From Nitriliruptoraceae bacterium (lineage in GTDB: Bacteria > Actinomycetota > Nitriliruptoria > Nitriliruptorales > Nitriliruptoraceae): a stretch of DNA of 64,000 nucleotides. Under the pieces are notes generated by a model. The model did no database searches, was not told the DNA's origin, and was given only the letters and a program-made list of their open reading frames with translations. Below, in pieces: positions 8,311 to 17,949 of the stretch (position 1 is the stretch's first letter; each line of letters starts with the position of its first letter). The stretch is taken from positions 133 to 64,132 of the forward strand of contig JBBDSW010000186.1 in the NCBI GenBank assembly GCA_040904745.1, written 5' to 3'. Both the position numbers and the translations under genes were made by a program.

Positions 8311-9153
8311 CTACCCAACCTGCGGTGCCGGGAAGCGGTCGAGCGCCTCTCGCAGGCTGGCGATCAGCGCGCCGGTGAAGGCCGACCGCGCGGCGGGGCT
8401 GATGAGATCGAGCGACAGGTAGGGGTTGAGGTCCTCGAGCTCGATGAGCAGCAGTGCGCCGTCGCGGGTTCGGCAGGCGTCGACGCGCTGCACCCCGACG
8501 TCGAGCGCGTTCCAGTCGACGAAGCGCTGGGCGAAGGTCAGGTCTTCATCGGTGGGGTCGTAGGGCACGAGCTCCCACCGGCGGGCGCGGTCAGGCGCGT
8601 AGACGGCGTAGCGGAACCGCCGACCGACGAACACGAACGAGATCTCGTGGATGATGTCGACGCGCGGCTGCACGAGGCTGCCCTCGAGCTCGGCGCCGTC
8701 GAGTGAATCCAGCACCCGCAGCCCGATCGAGTCGGCGCCCAGCACCGGCTTGACCACCCACTGGTCGGCATCGGGCAGCAGGCCGAGGTCCTCGCGGCGG
8801 CCGACCGTCGGGATGACCGGCTCGCCCGCGGCCCACAACTCGACCAGGTAGCCCTTGCCCTGCATGTCACCGCGACCGGTCAGCGGGTTGACCACCCGGG
8901 TGCCGCGCCGGGCCACCTCGGCCCGGAACGCGCGGTGGGCCTCGCGGTGGTGGATCACCGGGCCGCTGTTGCGCACGAGCACGATGTCGAACGGGCCGAG
9001 CAACGCGGCGGCATCGAGCGGCGAGCACAGGGCGACGTCGAAGTGCTGCCGCAGCTCGCCCGACAACCACACGTCCTCGTCGCCGTACCGGCGGCCCTGG
9101 GCCGGGTAGTGCAGGTCGGTCACGAGCAGGAGCGAGGGCCGTGCGCGCTGCAT
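8311..9153 (-). CDS. ATP-grasp domain protein (RimK/glutathione-synthetase-like ligase)
   Basis: ATG 9153 lies 6 nt after GGAAGG. The pattern VVKPVLGADSIGLRVL...VQPRVDIIHEISFVFVG...DACRTRDGALLLIELEDLNP is consistent with an ATP-grasp fold. Confidence 0.65.
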   Translation of the reverse strand: MQRARPSLLLVTDLHYPAQGRRYGDEDVWLSGELRQHFDVALCSPLDAAALLGPFDIVLVRNSGPVIHHREAHRAFRAEVARRGTRVVNPLTGRGDMQGKGYLVELWAAGEPVIPTVGRREDLGLLPDADQWVVKPVLGADSIGLRVLDSLDGAELEGSLVQPRVDIIHEISFVFVGRRFRYAVYAPDRARRWELVPYDPTDEDLTFAQRFVDWNALDVGVQRVDACRTRDGALLLIELEDLNPYLSLDLISPAARSAFTGALIASLREALDRFPAPQVG

Positions 9154-9248
9154 ATCCGGCCTTCCACGACGAACGCACGCGAACGTAGTCGAGCCCACCA
9201 CGCTCGACACGGAGAGGCGTGGTCACCGCCCGATCTGGACCTCGCCCA

Positions 9249-11135
9249 TCACTCCTCACTGCCGAGCTCATCAGCGTCTGCGTCCGACGCGTCGGGCGTG
9301 CCCGGTGCCGCGCCTCCATCGGCACGGTGGTCGGCGCCGACCGCGCCCGGCTTCCACCCCCGCGGCAGCGCCCGGGTCGAGGGGAACAACAGATCGACGA
9401 ACCGCTCGGCCGTCGGTTGGGGTTCGTGGTTCGCGAGGCCTGGCCGTTCGTTGGCCTCGATGATCACGTGCTCCGGTGCAGCCACGTCGGGCACGATGAG
9501 GTCGAGGCCGACGACGGGGATCCCGAGCACGTCGCTCGCGTGGACCGCCGCCCGTGCCAGGCTCGGGTGCAGGCGCCCGGTGACGTCGTGGATCGTGCCT
9601 CCCGTGTGCAGGTTCGCGGTACGACGGACGGCCAGTTCGACCCCGGACTCCAGCACGTCGCCCAGGGCGTAGCCGGCCTCCTCGATGGTGCGGGTCGTGG
9701 CATCGTCCATCGGGATGATCGACTCCCCGCCGGTGGCGGCCCCGCGGCGACGGGACCGGGCGGAGATCAGCTCCGAGATCGTGTGCTCCCCGGTGCCGGT
9801 GACCATCGCCGGCAGGCGGATCGCGGCCGCGACGACCTGGTGGTCGATGACGAGCACCCGGAGGTCATCACCCGTGACGTACTGCTCGAGGAGCACCTCG
9901 GGGCAGAAGCGCTCGGCCAGCGCCACGGCGTGGACGAGCTCCTCCTCGGTGCGGACCCCGACCGTGATGCCCTGGCCCTGTTCGCCCCGTGCCGGCTTGA
10001 CCACCACCTCGCCGTGCGCCTCGAGGAACGCGCGGTCCTCGTCGTCGTGGGTGGCCACGCGCCCGGCCGGGACGGACACGCCGGCATCGGCGAGGAGCCT
10101 GCGGGTCAGGCGCTTGTCGTCACAGCGGCTCATGGCCACGGCGTTGGTGAGCTCGGAGAGGGATTCCCGGGTCGTGACGGTGCGGCCTCCGTGCGAGAGT
10201 CGGAGCAGCCCCGACTCGGCGTCGACGACCTGGACCGTGACCCCCCTGCGCAGCGCCTCGTCGGCGATGATCCGCGCGTAGGGGTTGAGGTGGCCGATGC
10301 CCTCGGCCGGCGCGGCGGAGAAGAGCCGCTCGTTGATCGGGTTCTTGCGCTTCACGCTGAACACCGGCACCCGGACGAACCCGAGCTTCTCGTACAACCC
10401 GATCGCCGGGGAGTTGTCGTGGACGACCGAGAGGTCCAGGTACGCACGGCCACGAGCCTTGAAGCGGTCGGCGAGCGCCACCACGAGCGCACGACCGACC
10501 CCGGGACGAGGGGTGAGCGGGTCGACCGCCAGGCACCACAGGCTCGTCCCCGCCTCCGGGTCGGCGAACGCATGGGTGTGGTCGACCCCGGTGACGGTGC
10601 CGACGATCTCCCCGGTCTCCTCGTCCTCGGCCACCAGGTAGACGTAGGTCGGCTCGTGCTGGTTGGCCCACAGCACCGAGGTCGGCGCCGTGACCATCCC
10701 CGCCGCCGTGTAGATCCGGTTGATCTCGTCGGCCTCGGCTTCGCTGGCCAGCTCCCGGACCACCAATCCTCGCGGCGGATCCTCCGCCGTCCGGTGCTGG
10801 TGCAGCCACAACCGGTAGGTGTGGCTCGGATCGATGAACAGCTCCTGCGGGGCCTTGCTCACGAGCACGTGGGGCTCGCGCACGTACAAGCAGATGTCCC
10901 GGCGTCCCGGCTCCTCACGGGAGACCTCGTGGACCAGGAGGTCGTGGTCGGCGAAGGTCTGGCCGAAAAGCAGCCGTCCCCAGCCGCACTCGAGCGCCAC
11001 GCTCTGACGCAGCCCCTCCGTCAGATGGGTCGGTCGCGCATCCCAGGAGCGGGTGGACAGCTCGTCCCCGGGCGAGGGCTTGCTCGCCTGCCGAGCCCGA
11101 GCGCGCAGCTCACGGTCATCCTTACGCTGGTCCAC
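9249..11135 (-). CDS. ngg: N-acetylglutaminylglutamine synthetase-like bifunctional enzyme (GNAT + ATP-grasp)
   Basis: Central GNAT region (YLVAEDEETGEIVGTVTGVD...RPGVGRALVVALADRFKARGRAYLDLSVVHDNSPAIGLYEKLGF). A cyanophycin-synthetase-like ATP-grasp follows (VVVKPARGEQGQGITVGV...NLHTGGTIHDVT...VIIEANERPGL). It sits immediately downstream of an AsnO-type amidotransferase. Confidence 0.75.
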   Translation of the reverse strand: MDQRKDDRELRARARQASKPSPGDELSTRSWDARPTHLTEGLRQSVALECGWGRLLFGQTFADHDLLVHEVSREEPGRRDICLYVREPHVLVSKAPQELFIDPSHTYRLWLHQHRTAEDPPRGLVVRELASEAEADEINRIYTAAGMVTAPTSVLWANQHEPTYVYLVAEDEETGEIVGTVTGVDHTHAFADPEAGTSLWCLAVDPLTPRPGVGRALVVALADRFKARGRAYLDLSVVHDNSPAIGLYEKLGFVRVPVFSVKRKNPINERLFSAAPAEGIGHLNPYARIIADEALRRGVTVQVVDAESGLLRLSHGGRTVTTRESLSELTNAVAMSRCDDKRLTRRLLADAGVSVPAGRVATHDDEDRAFLEAHGEVVVKPARGEQGQGITVGVRTEEELVHAVALAERFCPEVLLEQYVTGDDLRVLVIDHQVVAAAIRLPAMVTGTGEHTISELISARSRRRGAATGGESIIPMDDATTRTIEEAGYALGDVLESGVELAVRRTANLHTGGTIHDVTGRLHPSLARAAVHASDVLGIPVVGLDLIVPDVAAPEHVIIEANERPGLANHEPQPTAERFVDLLFPSTRALPRGWKPGAVGADHRADGGAAPGTPDASDADADELGSEE

Positions 11136-11223
11136 GGCTGCCTCCTCCGGCTGCGCCTGTCCCCGCGTCGAGGTGGTGGTCCGTCCTGGTGCACACCGTG
11201 CGGTGGCGTACCTCCGGTGCGCG

Positions 11224-13050
11224 TCAGGGTTGCACGTCGTGCGCCTGCAGCCACAGCTCGAGCAGGCCGAGCTGCCAGAGCTTGTTGCCGCGCAACACGG
11301 TCAACTCCTCGTTCGGATCGGCGAGGAGCCGGTCGACGTAGGCCTCCTGGAACAGCCCGCGCTCGCGTGCCTCGGGGGCGTGCAACGCGTCGCGGACCAG
11401 GTCGAGGTACGGACCGGCAAGGTACTTGAGCGCCGGCACCGGGAAGTAGCCCTTCGGGCGATCGATGACGGCGCCCGGGATGACCCGTCGAGCGGCCTCC
11501 TTGAGGACCCCCTTGCCTTCCTGCGCCAGCTTGAGCTCGGGTGGCACCTGTGCGGCGATCTCGAGCACCTCGTGGTCGAGGAACGGCACCCGGGCCTCGA
11601 GCCCTGCCGCCATCGTCATGTTGTCGACCCGCTTCACGGGATCGTCCACGAGCATGATCTGCGAGTCGAGCCGGAGCGCCATGTCGGTCGCGGTCTCGGC
11701 CCCATCACGCAGGAAGTGTCGCGCCACGAACCCCCGTGAGACGTCCTCGCTGACCTGGTGCTCCGGCCGGAGCACCGCAGCCATCTCGGCATGTGGGCGG
11801 TCGAAGAAGGCCGCCTGGTAGCGGTCGACCGCGGCTTCGGCCAGCTCCGCACGTGAGGCGCCGGGCCCGAGCTCGGCGGTCAGCGCCTGCATCGGCGGAT
11901 ACCAGTGGTAGCCGGCGAACACCTCGTCGGCTCCCTGCCCGGACTGGACGACCTTGACGTGTTTCGCGACCTCCTGGGACAGCAGGTAGAACGCCACTGC
12001 GTCGTGGCTGACCATCGGCTCGCTCATCGCCCGCACGGCCTCGTGCAGCGCCGGCAGCATCCGGTCGGTGCCGATGCGGATCTTGTGGTGCTCGGTCTCG
12101 AACTCGCGGGCGATCACGTCCGAGTACTTGAACTCGTCGCCCTCCTCGCCTCCGACCGACTCGAAGCCGATCGAGAAGGTGTTGATCCCCCGCTGTCCGG
12201 CGTCGGCCAGCAGCCCCACGACGAGCGAGGAGTCCAGCCCGCCGGAGAGCAGCACGCCGACGGGGACGTCGGCGACGGTGCGCCACGTGACCGCCGAACG
12301 CATGGCCTCCAGCACGGCGTCCTCCCAATCCCGCTCGGACCAGCCGGCCTTGGCGGGATCGCGCGTGAACTCGGGACGCCAGAACTCGGTGTCGGTGCTG
12401 GTGCCGTCCGGCTCGACCGCGCGGACGGTCGCCGGTGGGAGCTTGCGGACGCCGTTCACGATGGTGTGAGGGGCGGGGACCACGGCATGGAAACTGAGGT
12501 AGTGGTGCAGCGCGACGGGGTCGATCGAGGTGTCGACCCCACCGCCTGCCAGGAGCGCCGGGAGGGTCGAGGCGAACCGCAGCCGACCGGCGGTCTCGGC
12601 CAGGTACAGCGGCTTGATCCCGAACCGGTCACGACCGAGCAGGGTGCGTCCCGTGTCCCGCTCATGGAGCACGAACGCGAACATGCCCTGCAGCCGCTGT
12701 ACGAAACCGTCGCCCCAGGCGTGGTAGGCCTTCAGCACGACCTCGGTGTCGGAGGTGGAGAAGAACCGGTAGCCGCGCTCCGACTGCAGCTCGGTCCTGA
12801 GCTCCTGGTAGTTGTAGATGCACCCGTTGAACGCGACGGTGAGCCCGAGCTCCGGGTCGTGCATCGGCTGGTTCCCGCAGGCCGACAGGTCGATGATGCT
12901 GAGCCGGCGATGTCCGAGCGCGATCGGCCCCGCCGCCCACACGCCTTCACCGTCCGGACCACGGTCGGACATGGTGGCGGTCATGCGCATCACGGCACCC
13001 ACGTCCGGGGACGTCCCATCGAGCCGGAGCTCACCGCTGAAGCCGCACAT
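11224..13050 (-). CDS. asnO: asparagine-synthase-family glutamine amidotransferase (N-acetylglutaminylglutamine amidotransferase-like)
   Basis: Ntn start MCGFSGELRLDG at ATG 13050, 6 nt after GGAGGA. GHRRLSIIDLS and SGGLDSS (PP-loop) are present. The longer ORF to 13128 would bury the catalytic Cys2. Confidence 0.85.
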   Translation of the reverse strand: MCGFSGELRLDGTSPDVGAVMRMTATMSDRGPDGEGVWAAGPIALGHRRLSIIDLSACGNQPMHDPELGLTVAFNGCIYNYQELRTELQSERGYRFFSTSDTEVVLKAYHAWGDGFVQRLQGMFAFVLHERDTGRTLLGRDRFGIKPLYLAETAGRLRFASTLPALLAGGGVDTSIDPVALHHYLSFHAVVPAPHTIVNGVRKLPPATVRAVEPDGTSTDTEFWRPEFTRDPAKAGWSERDWEDAVLEAMRSAVTWRTVADVPVGVLLSGGLDSSLVVGLLADAGQRGINTFSIGFESVGGEEGDEFKYSDVIAREFETEHHKIRIGTDRMLPALHEAVRAMSEPMVSHDAVAFYLLSQEVAKHVKVVQSGQGADEVFAGYHWYPPMQALTAELGPGASRAELAEAAVDRYQAAFFDRPHAEMAAVLRPEHQVSEDVSRGFVARHFLRDGAETATDMALRLDSQIMLVDDPVKRVDNMTMAAGLEARVPFLDHEVLEIAAQVPPELKLAQEGKGVLKEAARRVIPGAVIDRPKGYFPVPALKYLAGPYLDLVRDALHAPEARERGLFQEAYVDRLLADPNEELTVLRGNKLWQLGLLELWLQAHDVQP

Positions 13051-13190
13051 CGAGGATCCTCCGGAGGGGATGGTCGGGGCGACCGCCGGCGCCGCGACGG
13101 TGGCGATGTGGCCACGACCATAGGACACGAAGCCGCCCTTGCCGAACGAACCCCGGGGCGAGCACCCGGAGCGTGACGCTCCTCTGGCGG

Positions 13191-14120
13191 TCAGACCAGG
13201 ACGCCGAGGTCGAGCTCGAGACCCACCACCCAGTTGGGTACGTCGACCACCTCGACGATCCGGAGGTTGCCGGCGACCGAGCAGAGCGCGTAGGCGTCCG
13301 GGGCGGCGACGCCGCGGTCCACCAGCACCTCGATCATCCGGCGCGTCGCGTCGCGGGCCCCAGCCATGAGATCCGGCCCCACACCCATGGTCATCGTCCG
13401 CTCAGGCGTGCGGGGCTCGGCACCGCTCGCCCGCCGCTCCGCGGGGAGCTCCAGCCGGGGGGCGCCGAGTGGCCGACCACCGGTGACCGAGAGCCGCACG
13501 TGGGCTCGAGCGGTCGTCTCGATCGCGGTCCCGCACACCTCCCCGTCACCCTGCGCGCCGTGGGCATCTCCGGCGGAGAACCGCGCCCCGGCGACCTCCA
13601 CCGGGAGCAGCAGTCTCGCTCCGGCCCGGACGTCGCGGCAGTCGAGGTTGCCGCCCACCTGCCGTGGCGGGATGACGCTGTGGGGGCCTGGTGCCGCCGG
13701 GGCGAGGCCGACCGTGCCCAGGAACGGTCGGGTCGGCAGGCGGGCGATGTCACCGAACCGGATGACGTCGTCGCCGATCGTTGACACCACGACGTGGGGG
13801 TCGGGGAACTCGTCGGCGAGCAGGCCGAAGCCCGGGATCAGCGCGGTCCAACCGATGGTCCCCACCTCGACCTCGACCAGATCGATCGCCAGCACATCAC
13901 CCGGCGCGGCCCCCATCACGTCGATCGGCCCGGTCAGCGGGTTCGCGGCGGACAGATCCAGGGCGAGGACGTCCTCCGGACCGGCTAACGCCGTGAGCTG
14001 CCCCCCGAACGCGTCCTCGAGCACCACCTCGACGTCGTCTCCGGGTGCGACCTCGGCGGCGGCCGGGGTCGCGGCATCCCAGCCGAGGTGCCGATGCTCG
14101 TGATGGTGGATGCTCTGCAC
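13191..14120 (-). CDS. acetamidase/formamidase family protein
   Basis: GTG 14120 is preceded by an AGGAG-type RBS about 6 nt upstream. HHHEHRHLGWD, GPIDVMGAAPGDVL, GGNLDCRDV and GDAHGAQGDGEVCGTAIE are FmdA/AmdA-type motifs. The track ORF extends spuriously to 15140. Confidence 0.8.
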   Translation of the reverse strand: MQSIHHHEHRHLGWDAATPAAAEVAPGDDVEVVLEDAFGGQLTALAGPEDVLALDLSAANPLTGPIDVMGAAPGDVLAIDLVEVEVGTIGWTALIPGFGLLADEFPDPHVVVSTIGDDVIRFGDIARLPTRPFLGTVGLAPAAPGPHSVIPPRQVGGNLDCRDVRAGARLLLPVEVAGARFSAGDAHGAQGDGEVCGTAIETTARAHVRLSVTGGRPLGAPRLELPAERRASGAEPRTPERTMTMGVGPDLMAGARDATRRMIEVLVDRGVAAPDAYALCSVAGNLRIVEVVDVPNWVVGLELDLGVLV

Positions 14121-14186
14121 GGAAGGCTCCTGTGTGGGGACGCCGGCGAGGATAGGAGGACCCCACGCACGGATACGCTGCCCCGC

Positions 14187-15014
14187 GTGCTCCGACGCCT
14201 GCTGCGCCCGACCGCCATCGTCTCCCACCTGTTGGTGCTGACGGTGGTCGTGACCTGTGTGGCGCTCGGCCAGTGGCAACTGGACCGCCTGCAGACGGTC
14301 CGCGCCAACAACGCGCTGGCGGCCGAGCGACTGGTGGCCGAGCCGGCGGATCTCGCGGCGCTCGCGGACCCCACGCGCACCGGACGGATCGACGAGGCCG
14401 ATCTGGAGTTCCGCCGCGTCGAGGTGACGGGGACCTTCCGGCCCGAGGAAGAGGTCCTGCAGCGCAACCGCAGCTACCGCAACCAGGGCGGGTTCCACGT
14501 CCTCACGCCCCTGGAACTCACCGACGGCGGGGTCGTGCTGGTGCGCCGGGGCTGGGTCCCCTCCTCGTTCGACGAGCCACCCGTGGCCGAGGCAGCACCG
14601 CCGCCGGGCGAGGTGACGGTCGTCGGGGTCCTGGAGCGCCCGGTCGACCAGCCGCGCTTCGGGGCCCGCGACCCGGAGACCGGCGTCCTCGAGCGCGTCT
14701 TCCACACCGACACCTCGCGGCTCGATCGGCAGGTCGACGGCGAGCTCTTCCCGATGGTGCTGCGGGTCGACACGGAGCTCGACAACCCCACCGAGGACGA
14801 TCTCCCCTTCCCGGCCGGTCCCCCCGAGCTGGACGAGGGCAGCCACCTCTCCTACATGCTCCAGTGGCACACGTTCGCCCTGCTCGCCCTCATCACCTAC
14901 GCCGTGTGGTGGTGGCGGAAGCTGCGCCGCGGGACCGACCGGGGATCGGAACCCGACGAGCCGGCCGACCCGGCGGAACCTCCGCTGCCGGGACGCGCTG
15001 CGGGGCGCGCCTGA
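14187..15014 (+). CDS. SURF1 family (cytochrome oxidase assembly) membrane protein
   Basis: N-terminal TM then GQWQLDRL, RRVEVTGTF, NQGGFHVLTPL, VLVRRGWVP and a C-terminal TM (HLSYMLQWHTFAL). Start uncertain: the frame is open from 14088, with GTG at 14187. Confidence 0.75.
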   Translation: MLRRLLRPTAIVSHLLVLTVVVTCVALGQWQLDRLQTVRANNALAAERLVAEPADLAALADPTRTGRIDEADLEFRRVEVTGTFRPEEEVLQRNRSYRNQGGFHVLTPLELTDGGVVLVRRGWVPSSFDEPPVAEAAPPPGEVTVVGVLERPVDQPRFGARDPETGVLERVFHTDTSRLDRQVDGELFPMVLRVDTELDNPTEDDLPFPAGPPELDEGSHLSYMLQWHTFALLALITYAVWWWRKLRRGTDRGSEPDEPADPAEPPLPGRAAGRA

Positions 15015-15184
15015 CCCACCCTGGTGCCCTCCGTGACCGCTGGCAGGGCCCTTGCTCCCCCACGGTGAGGACCAAGCGCACTGCACCCCGCGGCGGTGCT
15101 CGGCCATGATCAGCGTGTAGGCTCCTGCCCGCCCGCTCACGCAGCCAGGGCGGGGGGCGGGTCCTCGCGCCGGAAGGCATCGGT

Positions 15185-16666
15185 ATGACCGAGCAGGGGC
15201 TCCACGACGTCCTGATCATCGGAGGCGGCGCGGTCGGCGCCACGCTGGCCCGCAGCCTGTCGCGGTTCCACCTCGACGTGGTCCTGCTGGAGGCCGAGGC
15301 GGAGGTCGGCTTCGGCGTGAGCAAGGCGAACACCGGCATCGTCCACTCGGCGATGCATGCCTCCCCCGACACGCTGAAGGGTCGGCTCGAGTACCCGGGG
15401 AACCTCGGCTGGCGGCGACTCCACGACGAGCTCGGGTTCGGGTTCAACCCGGTCGGCGAGGTGCTGGTCGCCACCGACGACGAGGAGCTCGCCAAGATCG
15501 AGAAGATCCGGCTCCAAGGGGTCAGCAAGGGCGTCCCCGGCACGCAGCCGTGGAGCGCGGCACGGACCCGCCAGGCCCAGCCGAACCTCTCCTCCGACAT
15601 CGTCGGCGCCGTCTGGGCCCCCACAGCTGGCGTGATCAACCCCTACGAGGCCGTCATGCTGGTGGCCGACGTCGCGCGACGCAACGGGATCCGGATAGAG
15701 ACGGAACAGGCGGTCAGCGCGATCGACCCGGTGTCCCCTGAGGACCCGGACGGACCGCTGACCGTGCGCACGACGACCGCGACCTGGCGCGGCCGCTACG
15801 TCGTCAACGCGGCCGGGCTGTTCGCGGACGAGATCGCCGAGATGGCCGGTGTCCGCGACTTCGTGATCACCCCCCGAAAGGGTGAGGAGTACCTGCTCGA
15901 CCGGCGACTCGAGGGACTGGTCACGAGCATCATCTTCCCGTGCCCGTCGCCGATCTCGAAGGGGACGCTGGTCAACCCGACCGTCGATGGCACCATCATG
16001 ATCGGCCCGACCGCACAGACCGTCGACGACAAGCGCGACGTCACCACCTCCGAGGAGGGGGCAGCCCAGGTCTTCGCCAACGCCCGCAAGCTCGTACCGG
16101 TGATCAGCGAGCGGGATGTCATCGCGGAGTTCGCCGGGCTCAGGCCCGTGTCCGACACCGAGGACTTCATCGTCGGCCCGACGGAGCGGCACGGCTTCAT
16201 CAACGCCGCGGGGATCCAGTCGCCGGGGCTGACCGCAGCGCCGGCGCTGGCGGAGATGCTGGTCGACATCCTCGCCGACGAGGGCCTGGAACTCGAGGAG
16301 AAGGACACCTGGGACCCCACGGTGCCACACCCGGTGCACTTCTCCGGCCTGTCCACCGACGCCCAGCAGGCACTCGCCCGTGAGGACCCGCGTTACGCCC
16401 AACTGGTGTGCCGTTGCGAGGTGATCACCGAGGCCGAGATACGCGACGCCATGGCTCGTGGCGCCCACACCCTCGACGGGCTCAAGTTCCGGACCCGGGC
16501 GGGGATGGGCCGTTGCCAGGGCGGCTTCTGCACGTGGCCATGCATGGAACTGCTCGCCGAGCACCAACGGATCGCGGTCACCGAGGTGACCAAGCGCGGA
16601 GGCGGCAGCTGGATCGTGACCGAGCGTCACGACCAACCATCCGAGCGCGTGACCACGGAAGGGTGA
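15185..16666 (+). CDS. FAD-dependent oxidoreductase, GlpA/LhgO-like, with C-terminal BFD-like [2Fe-2S] domain
   Basis: DVLIIGGGAVGATLA dinucleotide fold. C-terminal CRCEVITEAEIRDA...GRCQGGFC Cys cluster. Confidence 0.8.
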   Translation: MTEQGLHDVLIIGGGAVGATLARSLSRFHLDVVLLEAEAEVGFGVSKANTGIVHSAMHASPDTLKGRLEYPGNLGWRRLHDELGFGFNPVGEVLVATDDEELAKIEKIRLQGVSKGVPGTQPWSAARTRQAQPNLSSDIVGAVWAPTAGVINPYEAVMLVADVARRNGIRIETEQAVSAIDPVSPEDPDGPLTVRTTTATWRGRYVVNAAGLFADEIAEMAGVRDFVITPRKGEEYLLDRRLEGLVTSIIFPCPSPISKGTLVNPTVDGTIMIGPTAQTVDDKRDVTTSEEGAAQVFANARKLVPVISERDVIAEFAGLRPVSDTEDFIVGPTERHGFINAAGIQSPGLTAAPALAEMLVDILADEGLELEEKDTWDPTVPHPVHFSGLSTDAQQALAREDPRYAQLVCRCEVITEAEIRDAMARGAHTLDGLKFRTRAGMGRCQGGFCTWPCMELLAEHQRIAVTEVTKRGGGSWIVTERHDQPSERVTTEG

Positions 16667-16669
16667 GAG

Positions 16670-17947
16670 GTGCCGATCACCGCCGAACCACGCCATCTCC
16701 TTCGCCGCTACGACGTGACGATCGTCGGCGCCGGCCCCGCAGGACTGGCTGCCGCGACCGGCGCCCGGGACCAGGGGGCCGAACGCATCCTCCTCGTCGA
16801 CCGTGATCCAGAGCCGGGCGGCATCCTCCTGCAGTGCATCCACTCCGGGTTCGGACTCCACGCCTTCAAGGAGGACGTCACCGGGCCGGAGTACGCCCAT
16901 CTCGCCCTCGAGCAGGTGGTCGAGCGGGACGTCGACATCCTGACCAACGCCTACGTCACCGACGTCAGCCGCGAACGGCGCGTGAAGCTCATGTCGCCAT
17001 CCACCGGGGTGACGACGGTGGACACCGGCTCCCTGGTGATCGCCACCGGAGCGCGGGAACGCACACGCGCGCAGATCAAGATCCCCGGGGAGCGTCCCTC
17101 CGGTGTCATGACCGCAGGCCTCGCGCAGAAGATGGTCAACCTCCATGGCTACCTCCCCGGGCGTCGCGCGGTCATCCTGGGCTCGGGGGACATCGGGATG
17201 ATCATGGCCCGGCGGCTGACGCTGGAAGGGGTCGAGGTCGCCGGCGTCTTCGAGCTCCTGCCCTATGCCAGCGGACTCAACCGCAACGTCGTGCAGTGCC
17301 TGCAGGACTTCGACATCCCGCTGCACCTGTCGACCACGGTCGTCGACATCCACGGTCGCAACCGCGTCGAAGGCGTGACCCTGGCCCCGGTGGATGCGGA
17401 CCGCCGACCGCTGATGGACCAGGCCTTCGACGTCGAGTGCGACACGCTCCTGTTGTCGATCGGCCTCATCCCGGACGCGGAGCTGGCACGCCAGCTCGAC
17501 CTCCGGCTCGACCCGCGGACCGGGGGTCCCGTGGTCTCCAGCACGATGGAGACCTCCATGCCGGGGGTCTTCGCCGCCGGCAACAACCTCCACATCAACG
17601 ACCTCGCGGACTGGGTCAGCCTGGAGGCCGATGTCGCGGGTGCCGCCGCCGGTGACGTCGCGCTCGGACGGAAGCGGGCGCGACAGGACGTGACGGTCAC
17701 GCCGGGGACCAACGTCGCCTACGTCGTCCCGCACACCCTGTCGACGGAACGCTCGCAGACCGTCTCCTTCCGGGTGAAGGAGCCGATCTACGGCGACACC
17801 ATCCTGCGTCTCGGCGAGGCCCATCGCCGCAAGGTCCGTGCGGTGGTCCCCCCGGAGATGGTGACGATGAAGGTGGCACCGAAGCTGCTCGAGGGCTGGG
17901 CCGGGGACACGCTCCGGGTGGATGCCACCCCGGCCGAGGAGGCGTGA
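16670..17947 (+). CDS. pyridine nucleotide-disulfide family FAD/NAD(P) oxidoreductase
   Basis: DVTIVGAGPAGLAAA and a second fold VILGSGDIGMIMA, plus GVFAAGN. Starts 4 nt after the upstream stop. Confidence 0.8.
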   Translation: MPITAEPRHLLRRYDVTIVGAGPAGLAAATGARDQGAERILLVDRDPEPGGILLQCIHSGFGLHAFKEDVTGPEYAHLALEQVVERDVDILTNAYVTDVSRERRVKLMSPSTGVTTVDTGSLVIATGARERTRAQIKIPGERPSGVMTAGLAQKMVNLHGYLPGRRAVILGSGDIGMIMARRLTLEGVEVAGVFELLPYASGLNRNVVQCLQDFDIPLHLSTTVVDIHGRNRVEGVTLAPVDADRRPLMDQAFDVECDTLLLSIGLIPDAELARQLDLRLDPRTGGPVVSSTMETSMPGVFAAGNNLHINDLADWVSLEADVAGAAAGDVALGRKRARQDVTVTPGTNVAYVVPHTLSTERSQTVSFRVKEPIYGDTILRLGEAHRRKVRAVVPPEMVTMKVAPKLLEGWAGDTLRVDATPAEEA

Positions 17948-17949
17948 CG

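Noticed and set aside
9219-11429. 736-aa plus-strand ORF
   Set aside because: Antisense shadow of the ngg and asnO genes. Low-complexity Arg/Gly/Asp composition and no recognisable domain.
14121-15140. N-terminal 340-codon extension of the formamidase ORF
   Set aside because: It is antisense to the SURF1 gene. An RBS-preceded GTG at 14120 yields the normal formamidase size of about 310 aa. Similar extensions at 22181-22744, 23077-23409, 24333-24515 and 37913-38326 were trimmed for the same reason.
15137-17824. 895-aa minus-strand ORF
   Set aside because: Antisense to two flavoprotein genes that show unambiguous Rossmann and BFD motifs. Its composition is that of a shadow frame.
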